Source of the DNA: Vicugna vicugna
Lineage: Eukaryota
Length of the DNA: 64,000 nt
Direction: 5' to 3'
Assembly: GCA_013265495.1 (NCBI GenBank)
Contig: MU061579.1
Coordinates: 124,001 to 188,000 of the forward strand
Each line of letters starts with the position of its first letter. Within the stretch, counting starts at the first letter, position 1. The notes below the pieces were generated by a model. It saw nothing but the letters and a program-made list of their open reading frames with translations. It had not been told where the DNA came from and ran no database searches. The position numbers were made by a program, and so were the translations under genes. This document shows positions 26,101 through 39,520 of this stretch, piece by piece.

Positions 26101-26783
26101 GTTTTTATATATTCATGTTAAATATATTGCACATTATTACATAAGTGAATTATTTCCCTACTATGACACTTGTAAATTTCAACAGAAAAATTTAATTTGT
26201 CAAATCCCATGAGCAAAGGCTCACCAATGAACTTCTACGATTACTTATCTGTTTAAATTGAGAAATAAAGGGAAAATAATCTCTTACTTATTACAGGAAG
26301 ATTTTCATTTCTGAAAAGAAGATTCTAAACTTAATAACAGACTCATATCTCCTTCCTTAAAAGATGCAGAGGCTGCAGTGATGCAAAACCTTCACTGCAC
26401 CTGCTATCCCCATCTATTTCTCTGCAGCCAAAATGGATGCAAGAGGCTCTTTTCATACCCAGAGAGTACAACCTGGAATAGAGGGGATTGAAACGGTTCC
26501 TGGAACAGAACAGGGGCTGGCTTACTTGCCTGCAGAACCCTCAACCAGCCAACATTTTTTAACCATACTTTCATTGAACCTATTCACTCAGTAGTCATCA
26601 CCAAGAACTATACCAGGAAGAGAGAAAGAAGCTATAAAGCTGAACAAGTTTCAAATGGTCAAAGCATAAATGAAAACACAGATATCTAGAATATACATGC
26701 AAGATAATGCTTCATATTTCATATATGTATTTATACCTCTATGTGTGTATCTCTATATTTCAGATATATATCTCTATAAAAAT

Positions 26784-26839
26784 CATGTGTATATATATAT
26801 ATATATATACACACACACATATACATGTATACATATATA

Positions 26840-26894
<55 letters not shown>
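26784..26894. repeat. Compound (TA)n(CA)n(TG)n(TA)n microsatellite
   Basis: 111 bp of unbroken purine-pyrimidine alternation. Confidence 0.95.
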
Positions 26895-26896
<2 letters not shown>

Positions 26897-27641
26897 GGAA
26901 GAATACAAAGCAAACTAATAAAGTGATTACTTTTGAAGAAAGTAGGGGTAGAAATAGTATTCCGAATTGTTACTTAATCAGACCTTAGAGATTGTAATTT
27001 AACTTTTTACCAGAATATATAGTCATGTTCTGGTTTTATAACAAAGTAATTTTAACAAATCTCTATGTCACATAAGCCCAAGGGCCTTAATTGCCAGTTG
27101 AGCCTCCAGCAGGCACAATCACAGTGGCTTCTACCTTTGATAAAATGATGGTAGAGCTAAGAAAGATTAAAGCACATGCTTCTCTCTGCCATTTTCACCG
27201 CAGCCCTGTGATCGTCCATGCATATTCTTCCTTCAGGGAAGGCCTTCCAGTTCCACATGCTCTATGCCAACAGTGCCTTAGCAGCATTTCATCCCTGGGG
27301 TGACCACAGCTTCCTCACTGCTCTTCCTCGCCTCTGGTAGGAATTGCTAATACACTGCAGTGAATTTAACAAATGTTTTATTCACACGTTTGCATTCTAA
27401 GTATTGTGCTGAACTCAGGTCAGAATGCACATAGGGGCCAGAAAATTCAAATGTAAATAAAACTTTCATCAAATATGGACATAAAGAAAAAATGCATTAG
27501 TTTACCTTAATATGAAGACATAAAAAATCTAATATTATTCCTTTATGTATTTGGATTTTTAATATGTTTATTATTTCTATGAAGTAAAAGATACTCACTA
27601 GCAAAATTTTTATCAAGTACTTACAGTATACTGTGTATCAT

Positions 27642-28187
27642 TGTTACCAAGTCCAAACTCATTCTGCTCGCCACATGGCAGGCCTGTAAATTGGGAGATG
27701 AAGTGTTGGGGCAAAGAATAATGACTTTATTCAGAAACCTGACAGACTGAGAAGAAGCCAGACTAATGTCCTGGAGAATCATCTTCCCCAAGTCAGAATT
27801 CAGGCTCCTTCCTTATCCTAAAAGGGGAGAGTGTGTGATTGGTTGTTGTAAACTTCTTGGTGTCGGAATCCTTTGTTCCAGCAGCTGTCCACCTGAATCA
27901 GGTCCTGGTGTCCTTGTAAAGCTCTAACAGGACAAATGTTTTCATTTCATTTCATTTCATTTCATTTCATTCTATTCTGCAACGTTTTATCTTTATATGA
28001 ATGGGAAAGTGTTATATCCTTAAAGATCAGAGCCGTGAGAATGGATTGTCCTGTATATTTCAGGCTCTAGGCAACATTCTTTTACAAAAGGTGCAGAACC
28101 AGCATGACAAATGCCAGAAACAGATCAAAGGGTTAGAACCAAAGAAGCAGATCTAAAATGGAGTCAGATTTGTTCTTCCCTACTACA
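27642..28187 (-). mobile_element. Solo LTR (ERV1) with internal (TTTCA)n
   Basis: TG...CA termini; flanks TCAT/CCAT; minus strand starts TGTAGTAGGGAAGAACAAATCTGACTCC; minus-strand AATAAA near 27726-27731. Confidence 0.85.
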
Positions 28188-28470
28188 CCATGAAGGAATT
28201 TAAAGCTAAATTAGTAGGTTCTTGTGTTTAAGGAGCATATTATCAAGTTAGGGAAATAAAATAAATGCATAGGGAAATTTGAAGATGAGATAAAAAGGAC
28301 TGTGAGATCTTAGAAAGTAGCAGTGTGAAGTAATCAAGAAACTCTTGATTAAACTGAGCCTTAAATATATCAGATATCTAAAGTTCCTTATATTAGATTT
28401 GTTTCTATTTGGAAATATGTAGTTGTATGCATGTATATATGTTTTATAAATTTGTATGCATATATATATA

Positions 28471-28905
28471 TGTTACCAAATCCAAGTTTGTACTGCTTGC
28501 TGCAGGACAGGCCAATAAATTGAGAGATGAGTTGTTGGGACAAAGAATAGCAACTCTATTTGGAAAGCCAGCAGACTGAGAAGATGTTGGACTAGTGTCC
28601 CAAAGCACCGTCTTGCCTGGGTTTGGATGCTATTTGTTTTATAGAATAAAGAGGGGGAGATGAGGAGGTAAAATAAAAAGGATAAGTTGTTGCAAATATT
28701 TCCTGATTTGGGCCAGACTCTGGAGGGGATGTGTTATTTTTTTTCTTTCCTGCAGCCCCTCACAGTCCCGGTCAGGATGTTTCCTGTGAGTTATTTTGGC
28801 TTAGTGCTCAGGCATGGGAGGCAAGGTTCCTGGAGATGGGCCATCATGTATACTTTAAGCTATAGGCAACATCCCTGTAAGTGATTAACTTTTAGCAAAA
28901 GCAAA
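28471..28905 (-). mobile_element. Related, truncated ERV1 LTR
   Basis: First ~150 nt align to 27642-27790, then the two diverge. Confidence 0.8.
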
Positions 28906-31059
28906 GTTTAGCACCTCCATTTACAATAAGCATTTTTGGTCCCAATTCTCACTATTTTGTGATTTAAATTCTCACTAAATGTGATGTGATTAAAAAAATG
29001 AAAAGGATAATATTGATATCCTTGTGCAAAATAAGCCCAACCAAATAAATGCACTCTCAAGTAAGAACAAGAACAAAACAAAAAAGAAAAATTTAATAAC
29101 GGAGATGAAAGTTAAAAGGTGTCTAAGTGAGTGATTTTAGGGCAAAATTTATACTTTTTAGAATAAAATAAAGTCAAATTTCATGGAGGCTAAGATATTA
29201 GTAAGGGAACAAGATCTCCATTCCCTCTGTGACATTCAGAAACAGTAATTACTGAAGATATTTTAAGACAAAGCCTCAGCTGGGTCAAAATTTTCTCATC
29301 AAATTAGAAAATGTTAGTGAAATTTGAAAAGGCTTAAGGTGTAATATGATTATTTTATATGCTGCTCAGCAGAAATAAGCTTGGAAAGAGAATGTGGAGC
29401 TCAGACAAATATACAAAGACCTCCAGATACGTCTTCATGGAATATCAAGGGTAGGTTGTATAAACCTACTAGAAAGTGATGGCAGCTAAGAGTGAGAAGC
29501 AGAAAGAGAACAGCCGGAGAGTAGACGGTCTTAAAAATCAAGAAGGTTATAGGAGGAATCTGGAATTCTGTTATAGTTATGAACTTACAGGTCAGACTGA
29601 ATTATAATAACAACTTTACATAAGCATTAAGGTATTAAATTGTACTGACCAGGTTTTAAATGCCAGGTCGCATTCTTACTCTCTAATTCTCCTTTTGACA
29701 ATCATATTTATACTTTTCATGTTGCCATACACTGAGATGAATATCAGATTATAAAGAAGTCGGTTTGTGAATGTCCGGGTTCCTGGAAGTGCACACAACT
29801 TTCACAGTGATTGGACAAGCATCAGTGAGGCATGGCTAGGAATGAGGGGAACGGGCAATACAGGCTGACATCACGAGGCAGCTGCTGGGATTGAAAGTGG
29901 GTGTACCCTTGCCCTAGGTATGCCGTTTCCCCTCGGGGCTCCTTGGTGAAATAGAACTACTGTCATCACTAATTTGAACTTTTATGCCTTAAATCCTTTA
30001 ATATCAATCAAGTGCAAGGAAAACTTCTGATAATTAAAATGTTAAACACTTCCTAAGTTCAAAGCATCTGTATACTGAAGCTTGTAGGAGATTCCCCAAC
30101 TTCCTCCCTTAAAAGTACAAATATAGTTTTGGTAGCAATGCTCTTGGTTGGGGGATGTTGAAATTTGCAGTAGAAGAGAAGGCTTAAAATATTTTCAAGA
30201 TATTTTACACTTATTTTTGAGTCGCACAGACCCAAACAGATACCAAACTTTGGGACAAATAAAACTAAAAGTAGCTTTAGACTGTCAAGTTTTGTAAATC
30301 TCACATTTTTATCCAAAGGATGATATATTCAATTGTAATAATATCATAATTCTATGGATAGATGAGGCTAACATCTTGAATACTTTTTTTTTTCCTGTTG
30401 ATTGTCTTACTGTGCCCTTTGGTTTTGCCCTTAGGCAATAACTAACTTGTTAAAAGAGGATCTGTAAGAATGATGCTGGTTGTTGACCCAACGATCACTT
30501 CTGGAGTTGTTATTTCCTCTTGCAAGACTGAACCTTGTGTATTGTATGGGTTGTTTTTACTAGTAGAATCTTCAGCCTTGTGTTATTTGTGGAATGCTGA
30601 TGATTCACCGCATTTTTCATACCTTTTGAAATTGTATCTTCAATATCACTTGGTGCTGCTTAGTTTTGCTGACTGTTAGCCATTCCAGTAGCTCTTACTG
30701 ACCTAGCACCGGTGTGTCTTGCAAAGCATAGCAGCGTGAAAAAAGGCAAATGGAATTGTAGCATATTTTAGATGGTGGCACCTGGTCCCCAGATGAACTG
30801 ATTTACAGGTCAATAACCATTCGGTGATAAAATGGGTGCTTAGATAAGGCAGTTCAGTATTTAGAAGATTGAAATGACTAGTTTGTTTCCCAGTGGGTCT
30901 GGCTAAGCAGGTATTTGGTGAGCTAAGGTTCAGAATTATGTAGTTGATTAACACTTAGGGGTTTTTTTGTTTTTTTTTTTTTTGGCTGAGACTGTCATAA
31001 GACTATTGAGACACAACAACACAGCAGTGGCAGTTGTGAATATTCAAGTGACATGTACT

Positions 31060-32742
31060 TTTCTTGCTGTGTTGGTCTCCTCCTCTGTTTTATCAAATAA
31101 ATGACTTATCTCCATTTTATTTATTTATTTTTTAATCTTGTTTTTCCATTTGGAACATATCCTTGCGATTCTTCATTTTGCTTGACTCTCTGTGTTGGCT
31201 TCTATACATTAGATAAAACAGCCCCCTTTCCCAGTCTTGAAGGAGTTGCAGCCCGTGGAGGAAATGAACCTGATTGTTTAGCCCTTTCCTAACTCTTGAT
31301 TATCTCTCAAGCCTTTGTGATTGTCTAAGCCATTTTTTAAATTTGTAACTCCCAATATTTGAGAGTGGAGCAAAACTTGCTAGTGTCTCAAAGGAAAGGA
31401 TTTCAATTAGCACCTCCATTCAATCTGTTGGAAGCCAGTGCCTCAGGCAGCACCTTTTAAAGAACTAAATAAATACAGTCCTGTGGGACCACAAGCATTA
31501 GCCTCGCTGTCCTCCAGAGTCAGGCAATTTGGAGGTGTCCCCTGGCAGCAGCCACAAAATTAAGGTGTCAGACAAGGGTAGAAGCACCCTTTCTGGAAGC
31601 TGGAGCAAAGCAGAGGGAGAATTCAAAGACTGTGTCCACCAGCCTTTGTTCCCTGAGAACACATCCCTAGGCCCCTTGAAGTGTGCCAAACTGGAAGCTG
31701 GCCCCTCAGGCCAAAGCTCCTGGAAGTGCAAACAGGCCTCTTTCTCAGAAAGACTGGACGTGCGTTTCAGCCTGCTGTCTGTGCAAGTGCCCTGGAGGTG
31801 GTGGTCTGCCAAGGTCGGTCTCTCCAGTTGTTACGGTTGCATGGAACCCAGGAATGCAGGTCCCCCAGCCTTCAGAGCCAGGTGATGAAGGGGTGTCCCC
31901 TGGGCTGCAGCCACAAAAACTAGGTCACCAGATGTAAAAGCTGGGGCACCAGATGAACGCAGAAGCTTCCCTCTGGGAGATACTGGCACTCTAGGGTGAG
32001 GCAAAGGGGGAGTGGAAAGATGGCATTGGCCACAAAAGCTTAAAAAAAGGAAAAAAAAATTAAAAGGATGACCCACCAAGGTAAAAAGAAGTCTAGAGTT
32101 TAGTTAATTAATTAATTAGAAGCCTAGAGTAAAAAAGAAATGGTGCTCACTAGACTTTGTCCCTTGAATATATCCTAGCACGTCCCTGCCCTTCATTCTG
32201 ATGGTTTAAAATTAGCAAATAAGCTTCATTCACATGAAGTCTGAGCACATTTTAAAGGTTGCTTCTGTGCTGGGCCATGGGGTGGGTTTGCTTGTGAGCC
32301 CTTTAAGAGGTGATTCTCAGTTCACCACAGCCCCATGGGTCTCATGGATATGATCTTAGTCGGTTTTCAAAGCTAGATATTTTAGGCACTCATCCCTTAG
32401 ATGTAGGTCTTAAAAGTTGGGGTGCCCAGTGTGGGATGTGAACCTTTCACTCCTCAGGCAGAAGGGCCAGGTTTTGAGTTCTCTCCCATTTGTGGGTCAC
32501 CATGTAGGGGTTTGGGGTTGGGAGGTTGGGTTTATAGCAAGATTGTATCTTAGCCTTCCCTACTTGCTTTAATGTGTTTATTTTTCTTCTTTGCCTGATG
32601 TAAAGAAGTTGTCCTGCTGGGTTTTAGGTCTTTTTTCAAGAAGAAATTGTTCATATGTAGCTTTAGATTTTGTGTGTGCACAGATGGTGGTGAGTTCAGA
32701 ATCTTCCTGTTTCATCATCTTGAACCAGAACCCACCTCTCCT
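31060..32742 (-). mobile_element. LINE-1 5' UTR plus start of ORF1, without the body
   Basis: Minus strand starts ggttcaagatgatgaaacaggaagattctgaactcacc (L1 5' end, decayed YY1 site); ATG at 31176 gives MKNRKDMFQMEKQD, like the L1 ORF1 N-terminus. Confidence 0.75.
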
Positions 32743-32799
32743 CTTTAAATAGTTGTAGATTTGTAGTACACATTATTGCTCATTATTTGAATTTCCTTT

Positions 32800-33015
32800 A
32801 GCCACCAGCCACTTTGAATTTGGATGTTTATGTTATAAAAAGTCTGAGCCAAATTACTTTGTCTCAGTTACATCATCTGTAAGACAGAGAAAGCAATCCA
32901 TAAAATAGGTAGGCGATCCCTACCATATAGAGTTGAGAGGATTAAGCAGGTCAGTACAGATAGAGAATTGGGAACAGTTTATATCATGTAGTGAATTCTT
33001 AGTAAATATTAGCTA
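32800..33015 (+). mobile_element. MIR
   Basis: ctcagttacatcatctgtaa...gttgagaggattaa...tagtaaatattagct. Confidence 0.6.
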
Positions 33016-33419
33016 GGACCACAAAAATGATGATGATGGAGAAGATGAGGGTGATTCAATGACAGATATTTTATATAGCCTTTAATGTTCAGGTCTCTGG
33101 TGGTTTTTAATAATTCAAAACCCTACCAGACTTTTTCCACATTAAAATATAATTTTCAACTCCTCAATACCCGAGAAGAAAACACAGAGTCTTCAAGGCA
33201 CCTCAAGTAGATATAACACTGCATTGGGTCTTGTGCAGATAGGGAGGGGGGCAGAGATCACATAGCTCACCTGGCCATCTGGATGGTCAACCTAATAATA
33301 AGCCTAGGGACATTTTTCTAAAGAGAAAATTAGGGGAGGGTACTTCCCTGTTGAGTAATTAAAATAAACACAGGCACCATTTCAAAGAAGACATTATTAA
33401 CTAGTTTAATAATTATTTA

Positions 33420-34910
33420 TTGGGAACAAAGTTCTTACATTCATGGGAGGTACATTCTAGTGGGAGGAAAATGACAAACTACTGAAATTTTGCATACATG
33501 GTATTTCTCAAGGAGATAAGTGGGACTGAGGAAAATGGGGATTGCCATCTTTTGTTGGGTCTTGAAGAAGGGATCACTGAGATGTTAGGCAGTTAGATAG
33601 GAATGGGCACTAGGCAAAGGGGAGAGGAAGGGGTAGGGTACAATCCAGAATGTAATGGTACACCTGCGCTCAGGATAGGAGACGTCAAAGAGTTTTACTT
33701 TCTCTAAGTAAATGCCAGCAAAGAAGCCAGTTAGAACTGGATGCCACGACTGCATGGTAGAGAGAAGGACCCGACCTGACAGGACACAGTGCTCATTATA
33801 ATTAATTAGCATTACAGTTTAGGCACCCCCCTTCCGTGGGCTTTTCTGTGTGCATAGTGGGTAAGAACATGGGCAAAGGAGATGGGCATACCTAAGCACT
33901 CAAGGGGCGTGAGCCATCATGAGAAGCCCCTAAGCCAGGATATGAGACAGGAGAAACAAAGGAGGGGCGGGGCCGTTGTCCCCTCTTGGGTCAGCCAGCC
34001 TTCAGTTCTGGAAGGTGTATTTTGTTTTGCCAACTTTTGCTTTACTGATAAGACTCTTTATTTACACAGTGCTTTGGTCTACCATCTGAATTCTTTTCTT
34101 TCGGGGAAGACAAGGACTGAGGATTTTCCTATCCTTGAGGTAACAAAGAGACCAGACAACCAGATAATTGGGGGAAGGGGGACACGAGTCACATAGCATT
34201 GTCAAGAAGAGCATTGCAGGAGAGACAGCAGCAGTGCAAATGATCTGGGGCACTTAAGATGTGCTGACACTTTAGGATATTTCAGAAATAATAATAAACC
34301 AGTATGGGTAAAGCTGAATGAACAAATCTTAAAGCAACGGGAGATAATATCAGTGTATGTAGGACCTTTCATGAATTAAATGAAAACCTGCTGACAGATT
34401 TTGAGGAAAAGAAGGAAATCTTCCAACTTACATTTTTGAGGGAGAATTCTGGTGCTGTGTTAAGAATGACTATTAGGAAGGTAAGTAAGGACACTGGGAG
34501 GAAACCTTTAGAAATCTGTTATGCAAACCTAAGCAAAAGCTGCTAGTTGTTTGGCCATGGTAGGAGTGAAAATATTGGAAAGGGACTGGATTCTGAATGT
34601 ACTTTCATGCAAGGATTTGTTTATGAATTGATTACATCATAGAAGGGAGAAATAAGTGGCAAGTGCTTTAGATGGAGACATTTAGACAGTTCAACTGCTT
34701 TTGGGGAAATTGAGGGAAGAGCAATTAGGCAATAACGGAGGTGGGACTGATGAATCAGTAAAAGATACTAAGAAGGAACAGCAACCAAGAGCGACTGATG
34801 TTTCAGATGCCAAATGAGAAAAATATTTAGCATGATACCAATTACGCCAAATAATGCTGTTAAATCAAGAAAGGTGAAGGATAAGGCACGACCCTTCCAT
34901 TAAGCAACAC
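33420..34910 (-). mobile_element. L2 fragment split by an LTR
   Basis: tacattctagtgggagg, gaagagcattgcaggagagacagcagcagtgcaaa, actggattctgaatgtactt. Confidence 0.65.
33583..34145 (+). mobile_element. Solo LTR (ERV1-like) nested in L2
   Basis: TGTTA...TAACA termini; flanks GAGA/AAGA; GC-richer than surroundings with retained CpGs; GGGGCGGGG box at ~33964. Confidence 0.85.
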
Positions 34911-35479
34911 AAAATCTCCAGTAACCTTGGAATAGGGAGGATGAAACTCTTCCCAGAGGGGTGGGGTCAGTCTGAGAATCACCTGTCATTTCTTGAATAC
35001 CTTTTTACAGACACTCCAGTGTTACAGCTTTGTCACATCAAGGTCACTAAGCTCAGAGAGACATCTTTGCTGTTACTGGCTCCAGCTGATCCTTTTTCTT
35101 GGTCTATGTGGAGTCTATCAGACCATCTGAGCTCTCCCAGAATCTGAGTAGTGAGCATGATTCCTTCTAATTCTTCTTTTTCTGGTGAACTAGGCCCAGC
35201 ACTTTGACACGATAGGCATCTAGTAGCTCTAACTGTGTATGGCGTCTGTGTGGGGACTCATTACAACTGCCAGCACTCAGTAGTCTGTCCAGTGTTTAAA
35301 CCATGCACATACAGCCAGATGCTAGAAATGTGGCAACAAATTTTACATCCGCTAACCTAGTACTCATTGTACATGAGGCATCATAATCATCTCCTTAAGA
35401 AACCTTTTGTTATAATCCAACAAAATTGGCTTTCATCAGAGTGTGTCTGAGAGCCATTTCTTAGCGTGAGTTACATAGT

Positions 35480-36268
35480 TTGACAACTGGCTTCTCAGTA
35501 TCTCCATTGGGACGTTAGGGAGACTGCAGACTTAACAACCAAAATGTAGCTCCTGGTTTTCTCTGCTCAGCCTCCTTCTTCCATAATTTCCCCATTTCCA
35601 TTCAATGACAGCTCCATCCTTCCAGGAGTAAGGGCAAAATGCTTGAAGCCACCTCTGAATGCTTGCTTTCTCCAGTGCCTCAAATTCTGTTCATCCGCAT
35701 ATCCTATTTCCATGACCTTTAAATTCTATCTCAATCCAGTGGCTTCCAACGACTTCGGTTACTGATACCATGGCCTGAGTCATCATCAGTTCTGTCTAGG
35801 TTTGACTGCAGTAGCTTCTATGCTTGTTTCCCACCTGCATACTCTTACCCAGATAGCAACCAAAGGAATCTTTTTAAATGTAAATATGTTGATGCCACTC
35901 CTCCAGTCTGAGGCCTGCAATGGTTCCCAAGTCTTTCAGTGTTCCGCAAACACTTACCTTAGTGGTCCTCTCTGTCCGCCTTGTTTCTATAACCTGATCT
36001 GCTGCTGCTTCACCCCTCATTCACTGTTTTCTAGCCAACTGCACTCCTTTTTCTACTTTTCCTGTTGTGCATTGTACTTACTGTAACATGCTATATAGTT
36101 TACATATTTATTTTATTATCATTTCTACGTGTTCTTGCTAGAATGTAAGCTCTGTGAGAAAAAAATCTGTGTCACCTTTGTTTAGTGAAGAATCAAGAGT
36201 GCCTGATCTATCTGGCCTCAAGAAAGGGCTCAGTAAATATTTGTTGAATAAATTGAATGACTGAATTA
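35480..36268 (+). mobile_element. L2 (L2a-like) 3' part with tail
   Basis: ctagaatgtaagctctgtgag...ctcagtaaatatttgttgaataaattgaatga. Confidence 0.8.
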
Positions 36269-36304
36269 ACCATTTGATCCTTAAAACATTTTTATGATTT
36301 CAGT

Positions 36305-36306
<2 letters not shown>

Positions 36307-36347
<41 letters not shown>

Positions 36348-36368
36348 CATTATTATTACTACTACTAC
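36307..36368. repeat. (TTA)n(CTA)n microsatellite within a minus-strand MIR (~36270-36480)
   Basis: Repeat read directly; followed by ccattttgtagataagaaaacttaggcaca. Confidence 0.85.
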
Positions 36369-39329
36369 CATTTTGTAGATAAGAAAACTTAGGCACAAAG
36401 AGTGTAAAACTGTTTAATACTGCTAGCAAGTGACTGAGCTTGAATTTGAATGTAAAAAGCCTACTTCTGGAATCAGCAATTAAGTACTCAAGTTAGCAGT
36501 CTTGAGAACCATACTGCAATCCTCCCATTGTATACGAATGTTACAGGATAATATTTATTTTGAAATTAAAAAGAATAAGATGGCATTACGTGAATAGATA
36601 CAAAGAGACATCTCTGTCATGTTACTAAGTTTAAAAAATCAGAGAACAAGTTCTATAGTTCGGTATTTTTAAAAATTCATGAGCATATATACATGTATGC
36701 ACATATATGTATAAACACATACATGTTTGTGGTCCAATGTTTTTCATCCCTTTATGTACAAATATACACAAAGAGAAAATTGCCCTAAAATTAGGATATA
36801 ATATGGAGAAAGGGAATATTTAGAATAATTGTTTTTATTTTTGAATATTTTGCAGCCAGCAGTTGTTACATTATAATTTAAATAATGGAAAAATAACCTG
36901 TAGAACAACAGGATCCCCATAAACACTACACATAAGTTCATACAGAGGTCAACGCCCCTTTCCCCAATGAAGTTCATAAACTTTTTGTTTCCCTCAAAAC
37001 AGAGATACATCCTTTAGGATGGTAATTAGACTAGCTACTCTGGTCCTCTGTGGCAGTGAGGATGCTGCTGGAATCTTTACTGCTTCTTATGTACATCAGT
37101 ACATTTCAATTTCAAAGTATTTTCTTCAATAATGTTCCCCAAGGCCTATGGGAGGTGCTCCCAGTTTCTTTCAAATGTGACTTAGGTGGAGCAGTTCTAT
37201 ACTTAATCCCCTCACTTCTCCAAATATGGTCTTCTGAACACACGGCATAATTCTGGCAGTGGAAGCGGTGGTCTCCAATAGAGGAGGGTCAGGGAGCTGT
37301 TTGATTACTTTATGCGTCATAAGTTTTTGATAAATCCTTCAGGGTACATATTCCTTATTGAGAATAGCTGTTCTGATGTGTTAAATATTAGGAAAGTTAA
37401 CATTTTCCTAACTTAATCGTTTATTCATCCTCAAATACAGGGCTAACTGTGTTTTTATATGAATTATAAGATACTGTCTTTAAAAATTTTAGTTAAACTA
37501 ACTTCCTATATATGTAGTAATTAATCTATGGACCTGGATACATTTGTGAATTTCAAACATTTTTTTTTAATATTTTGAAGTGACAAATAAGGAAAAAATT
37601 TTCATTTCTTTTCTGAAACAAAATTTTTTTCTTGGTGCTGATTCTATTAGTATTTGTTAACACATATGTACATATTTTTATCAATATAGTTTATCAGTGT
37701 ATTCATTTTATCTGTATGTACAATCAATTTAATTATACTACTTTCATCATTTTACATGTTTTAAAATATAATATTAAATGAGTGGTAAAGTGAAAGCAGT
37801 GGACTGCATGAGGAGGAGCAAGTGTATTATCCACAGTGTTTTCTAGCATAGACAAGCATGTGGAAGAGTGAGCCCATGTTATGTGCATGCGACATAAAGA
37901 ATAGGAGCGAGGAGGAGATAAATACAGTTCAATTGAATCAAATGAAACATACAGATCACATAAAAGTTGAAATAGCATAGGGTTTCTGGACTGTCATTCT
38001 ATATTACATTTTGGTTTAGCATCCCAAACGCTTTAGATTCCATTTATAAATTTATAATTACTCATCTTCATGCTCAAAACCAACTAATTTTTTGCTCTCT
38101 CATTTAATGCCATCAGCTCTTGCTTGAATTGGCCATCTAAGAGCATTTCAGAGCCAAGGTTATTAAAATATTTCTAAACAAGAAGTAATTTCCCATGAAG
38201 TCTCCAAGGTGTTGGATTTTAAGCCAATACGTTATATTAGGGTATTTAGGACTCTCTGATTTTCATTTATGCATATCCCAGTCAGCATATGATCACAGCT
38301 GGAAAAAGGAGCTTGAGTAATGAAATAAATGAGATGCCAAAGCAATAGTTCTTCTTAGAATGGAGGCCATTAGTTTAATTGCCACAGGTGGATGATAATC
38401 AGGTCTCAAGGCTCTGGTACTTGGAATTGGCTTTTAAACTCTAAATACAAATTTAACATTCCTTGCATTCTATGAATGGTCACCAGAGTGGAACAAAAAA
38501 AATATTCTCATGCTGGAATTCTGTGTCTTAAAGTGATCCCTCAAACATTTCACTTGTTAAGTTCAGTATGCAAGGTACAGTGGGTAGAGATGTTTACCCA
38601 AGTTCCTCACCTCTAAAATGGATATTATCATAGTCTTCATCGTCATGATTATCCTTATCATCACCATCACTGTCATCATTGTCATCCCTGTTGGTAGTGT
38701 TGGCTATATTGTGGTAGCTAATTTAAGCTATTTAGCACACTCTCTGGTATACAGTAATCACACACAAATATTCCTCATAGAGTCTTAAGTGAAAGTTGTA
38801 TAATGTCGCTAAGTCTCAGATTTCCCATTCGTAAAATGTGGATTACAATGCCTGTTTCTAGGATTTCAAATTTGAATAATGTGTGTATTATGTGGTAGTT
38901 AAAAATTACTTGACCTATAGTGCAAGCTATAAAATTGAGTCCAACTTGTTGAATTCAAAATTGAGTCAAAAATATTTTCACAAAACAAGTGGTCAAAGCT
39001 GTGTAGAGTCAGCTTTCCAAGAAACATGCATTCTCTGAGATTAAAAGTAAGTGGGTATGTATTCTTGCTTCTCCCATCTCTTATATTGCACTGAATCCTC
39101 CCCATGAGCCCATTATAGACAAATCCATCTATTTTTATGAAAAACATTTTCTTAAAACCATAAATCTTACATTTAAAAAAACTCCAGTGAATGAAAGAAG
39201 AATTCAGTCATTTAAAATGATACATTTCTATATATTTTCAATCTTTAATCCACAACTCCCATCCTTCTTAGTTCTTTCCCATGTTAGTACTGAACTTTGT
39301 TTTGAGAAGACCAGTGTTTCCTCTCAAGG

Positions 39330-39520
39330 GAGGTAGAGTAGAAAGAGCGAGGGCTTTGGCGTTAGATTAGCCATGCTTATAATTCCAGCACTGCTATGTA
39401 AACGCAAGCAAGTTGTGTGACTCAGTTTTCTTTTCTATAAAATGTGGATAAATGTACCACTACTGTAAGGATCTGTAAGGATTACATATAATACATTCAA
39501 AATGCCTAATAGGTACTAAT
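39330..39520 (+). mobile_element. MIR
   Basis: gtagaaagagcgagggctttgg...ctcagttttcttttctataaaatg. Confidence 0.7.

Noticed and set aside
26670..26988. Overlapping Y/I/C/V-rich ORFs
   Set aside because: Translation of dinucleotide microsatellites
31498..32079. Cluster of overlapping ORFs
   Set aside because: GC-richer L1 5' UTR has fewer stop codons; no coding signature
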